Below the pieces are notes generated by a model. The model saw nothing but the letters and a program-made list of their open reading frames with translations. It searched no databases and was not told the origin of the DNA. A stretch of 64,000 nt of DNA from Alphaproteobacteria bacterium (GTDB lineage Bacteria > Pseudomonadota > Alphaproteobacteria > UBA828): NCBI GenBank assembly GCA_963422645.2, contig CAXXVO010000007.1, positions 672,001 through 736,000 on the forward strand, in the 5' to 3' direction. Positions 62,278 to 64,000 of this stretch are shown piece after piece. Made by a program: the position numbers and the translations under genes. The first letter of the stretch is position 1, and each line of letters begins with the position of its first letter.

Positions 62278-63815
62278 CAGTGTCGCGCTGGCACGAGGAC
62301 CTCGCTGCCCACGACGAGGCCTTCGCGTGCCTGCAGGACCTTTTCACCCCACAATCCTTCGCAATGACCGCCGTCAAGGCCATTCGGGAATGGGGCCAGG
62401 GGTTGCTGCGCCTGAGCGCGGCCCTGGTCAAGGAGAACGACGCGCTGGAGCGGGAGAACGCCCGCTTGCGCGAGCGGATCGCCGAACTCGAGCGCAGCGC
62501 CGCGCTCGACAGCACCACCAGCTCCAAGCCGCCGGCCAGCGACGGTCTGAAGAAGAAGAGCGGTGACCGGGAGAAGCGCACCCGGAGCCAGCGCGGCAAG
62601 TCCGACAGGCCCAGTGGCGGCCAGCCGGGCCACAAGGGAACTACCCTGGAGCGGACCGCGACGCCCGACCATGTCGTCGATCATGATCCGTCCGCCTGTG
62701 AGGGCTGCGGCGCGCCGCTGTCGGACGCTGACCGTCACGGAGCCCCCGTCTGCCGGCAGGTCTTCGATGTGCCCGAGCCGCAGCCCCTCGAGGTCACCGA
62801 ACATCGCGGCCATCGTTGCCTCTGCGCTGCCTGCGGCACCGTGACGACAGCCGTCTTCCCGAACGGCGTGAGCGCACCGGTCCAATACGGGCCGCGCATC
62901 ACCGCGTGGGTGACCTACCTGCTGCACGCTCAGTTCATTCCCGAGAAGCGGGTCGCCGAGGTCATGAGCGACCTCTTCGCGGTCAAGCTCTCAACAGCCA
63001 CCATCGTCGCCATGGGAAGGCGCACCGCCCGGCGCTTCGAGGGCTTCCTCGATCGCCTCGCGGAGATCATCCGCACCGCAGCCCCAGTCAAACACCTCGA
63101 CGAGACCGGCATCCGCATCGCCGCCCGGACCCATTGGCTCCATGTGCTGTGCACCCCGTTGCTCACCATCCTGCGCGTCGCCACCGGGCGCAGCCACATC
63201 GACGAGAAGCTCAACGGCATCGTCATCCATGACGACTACGCCACCTACTTCGCTCTCGAGGGCGTGCGCCACGGGGCCTGCAACGCCCATCACCTGCGCG
63301 AGCTCCAAGCCCTCATCGAGATCGAGAAGGAAGACTGGGCAACGAGCACGCACCGGCTCCTCATCCGTGCCAACAGAGCCGCCCGCTTCGCCCACAAGAA
63401 CGACCGCGACGTGCCCGCCTCACTGGTGGCCCGCATCTCGCGAGCCTGGGACCGCATCCTCGAACGTGCCATCGCCTCTCACGAAGAAATGCCACCGCTC
63501 CAGACCGGAAAGCGCGGACGACAAAAGCGCTGCATCGGTCACAACCTCGCGCTCCGGCTCCAGAAGTACAAGGAGGGCTGCCTGCGCTTCCTCACCGACC
63601 CGCGAACCCCGTTCTCGAACAACGAGGCGGAGAGAGATATCCGAATGGGCAAACTGCGTCAGAAAATCTCAGGCGGCTTCCGCTCGATACAAGGCGCCCG
63701 CGACTTCGCCAACCTGCGGTCCGTCATCGCCACCGCCCGAAAGCAGGACTGGAATGTCCTCGAAACCCTGGCGCACCCCGATCCTATGCAGCTGATCCCG
63801 CTACTGCGCTGCTGA
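62274..63815 (+). CDS. IS66 transposase (TnpC-type)
   Basis: Coiled coil, SSKPPASD, GGQPGHKG, CEGCG/CAACG zinc finger, HLDETG, IHDDY, NNEAERDIR; GTGA overlap with the MTase stop. Confidence 0.93.
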   Translation: MTVSRWHEDLAAHDEAFACLQDLFTPQSFAMTAVKAIREWGQGLLRLSAALVKENDALERENARLRERIAELERSAALDSTTSSKPPASDGLKKKSGDREKRTRSQRGKSDRPSGGQPGHKGTTLERTATPDHVVDHDPSACEGCGAPLSDADRHGAPVCRQVFDVPEPQPLEVTEHRGHRCLCAACGTVTTAVFPNGVSAPVQYGPRITAWVTYLLHAQFIPEKRVAEVMSDLFAVKLSTATIVAMGRRTARRFEGFLDRLAEIIRTAAPVKHLDETGIRIAARTHWLHVLCTPLLTILRVATGRSHIDEKLNGIVIHDDYATYFALEGVRHGACNAHHLRELQALIEIEKEDWATSTHRLLIRANRAARFAHKNDRDVPASLVARISRAWDRILERAIASHEEMPPLQTGKRGRQKRCIGHNLALRLQKYKEGCLRFLTDPRTPFSNNEAERDIRMGKLRQKISGGFRSIQGARDFANLRSVIATARKQDWNVLETLAHPDPMQLIPLLRC

Positions 63816-63893
63816 AATCTCGCGTCAGCGCCACCAGGCCAGAACCATCAATCCATCACGTGTGAATGCTCGGAATCAGACCTGGGCAGTTAC

Positions 63894-64000
63894 GTCAGGA
63901 TTATCTCCGCCACCGCCTTCTGGACTATCTTGTCCTCTATGGCCGCGACGCCGAGCGGTCGTGTGCCGCCATCAGGCTTCGGAATGTTCACCCGCCGTGA
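63894..64000 (-). pseudogene. Group II intron reverse transcriptase, upstream fragment (RT1-RT2), continues beyond the window
   Basis: RRVNIPKPDGGTRPLGVAAIEDKIVQKAVAEIILT; joins the 61459 fragment in frame across the TSD. Confidence 0.9.

Larger units (their letters stand above)
61460..63893 (+). mobile_element. IS66-family element carrying a DNA adenine methyltransferase
   Basis: IRs GTAACTACCCAGGT / GTAACTGCCCAGGT; 8-bp TSD GTCAGGAT at 61452-61459 and 63894-63901. Confidence 0.93.

Noticed and set aside
61142-64000. RT as a retron, DGR or defence-associated RT
   Set aside because: Motifs (IPKPDG..RPLG, SYGFRPGR, GTPQG) are typical of group II intron RTs; no template/variable repeat or msr-msd seen.

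Overview
GC-rich alphaproteobacterial chromosome segment (taxon inferred from gene order such as thrB-rnhA, prs-rplY-pth-ychF, lgt-MidA-pgeF, sdhE-mfd). A housekeeping and catabolic core (about 14.6-55.3 kb) is bracketed by two dense piles of nested mobile elements. Left pile (1-14.6 kb): folded-back remains of an IS66-type element carrying an adenine methyltransferase, an unclassified DDE element, two IS1595, IS1380, IS21, a low-GC orphan gene interrupted twice, and a probable Mu-like prophage end that replaced the bioD stop codon. Right pile (55.4-64 kb): a group II intron reverse transcriptase gene interrupted by (i) an intact IS66 element with a translationally coupled Dam-like methyltransferase and (ii) a ~2.2-kb large-serine-recombinase element. 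The recombinase element's predicted attP is a perfect 42-bp palindrome lying inside the recombinase ORF, so the enzyme's C-terminus would differ between excised and integrated states. It also carries a tandem dimer of an IS110 element, with a third apparently identical copy at 20.4 kb; the junctions hint at an unexpected extra 'CA' dinucleotide. No rRNA, tRNA or CRISPR array was seen. Frameshifts in pth, ychF and glyA suggest sequencing indels, so single-base conclusions need read-level checks. All calls come from reading motifs by eye; no database search was run.
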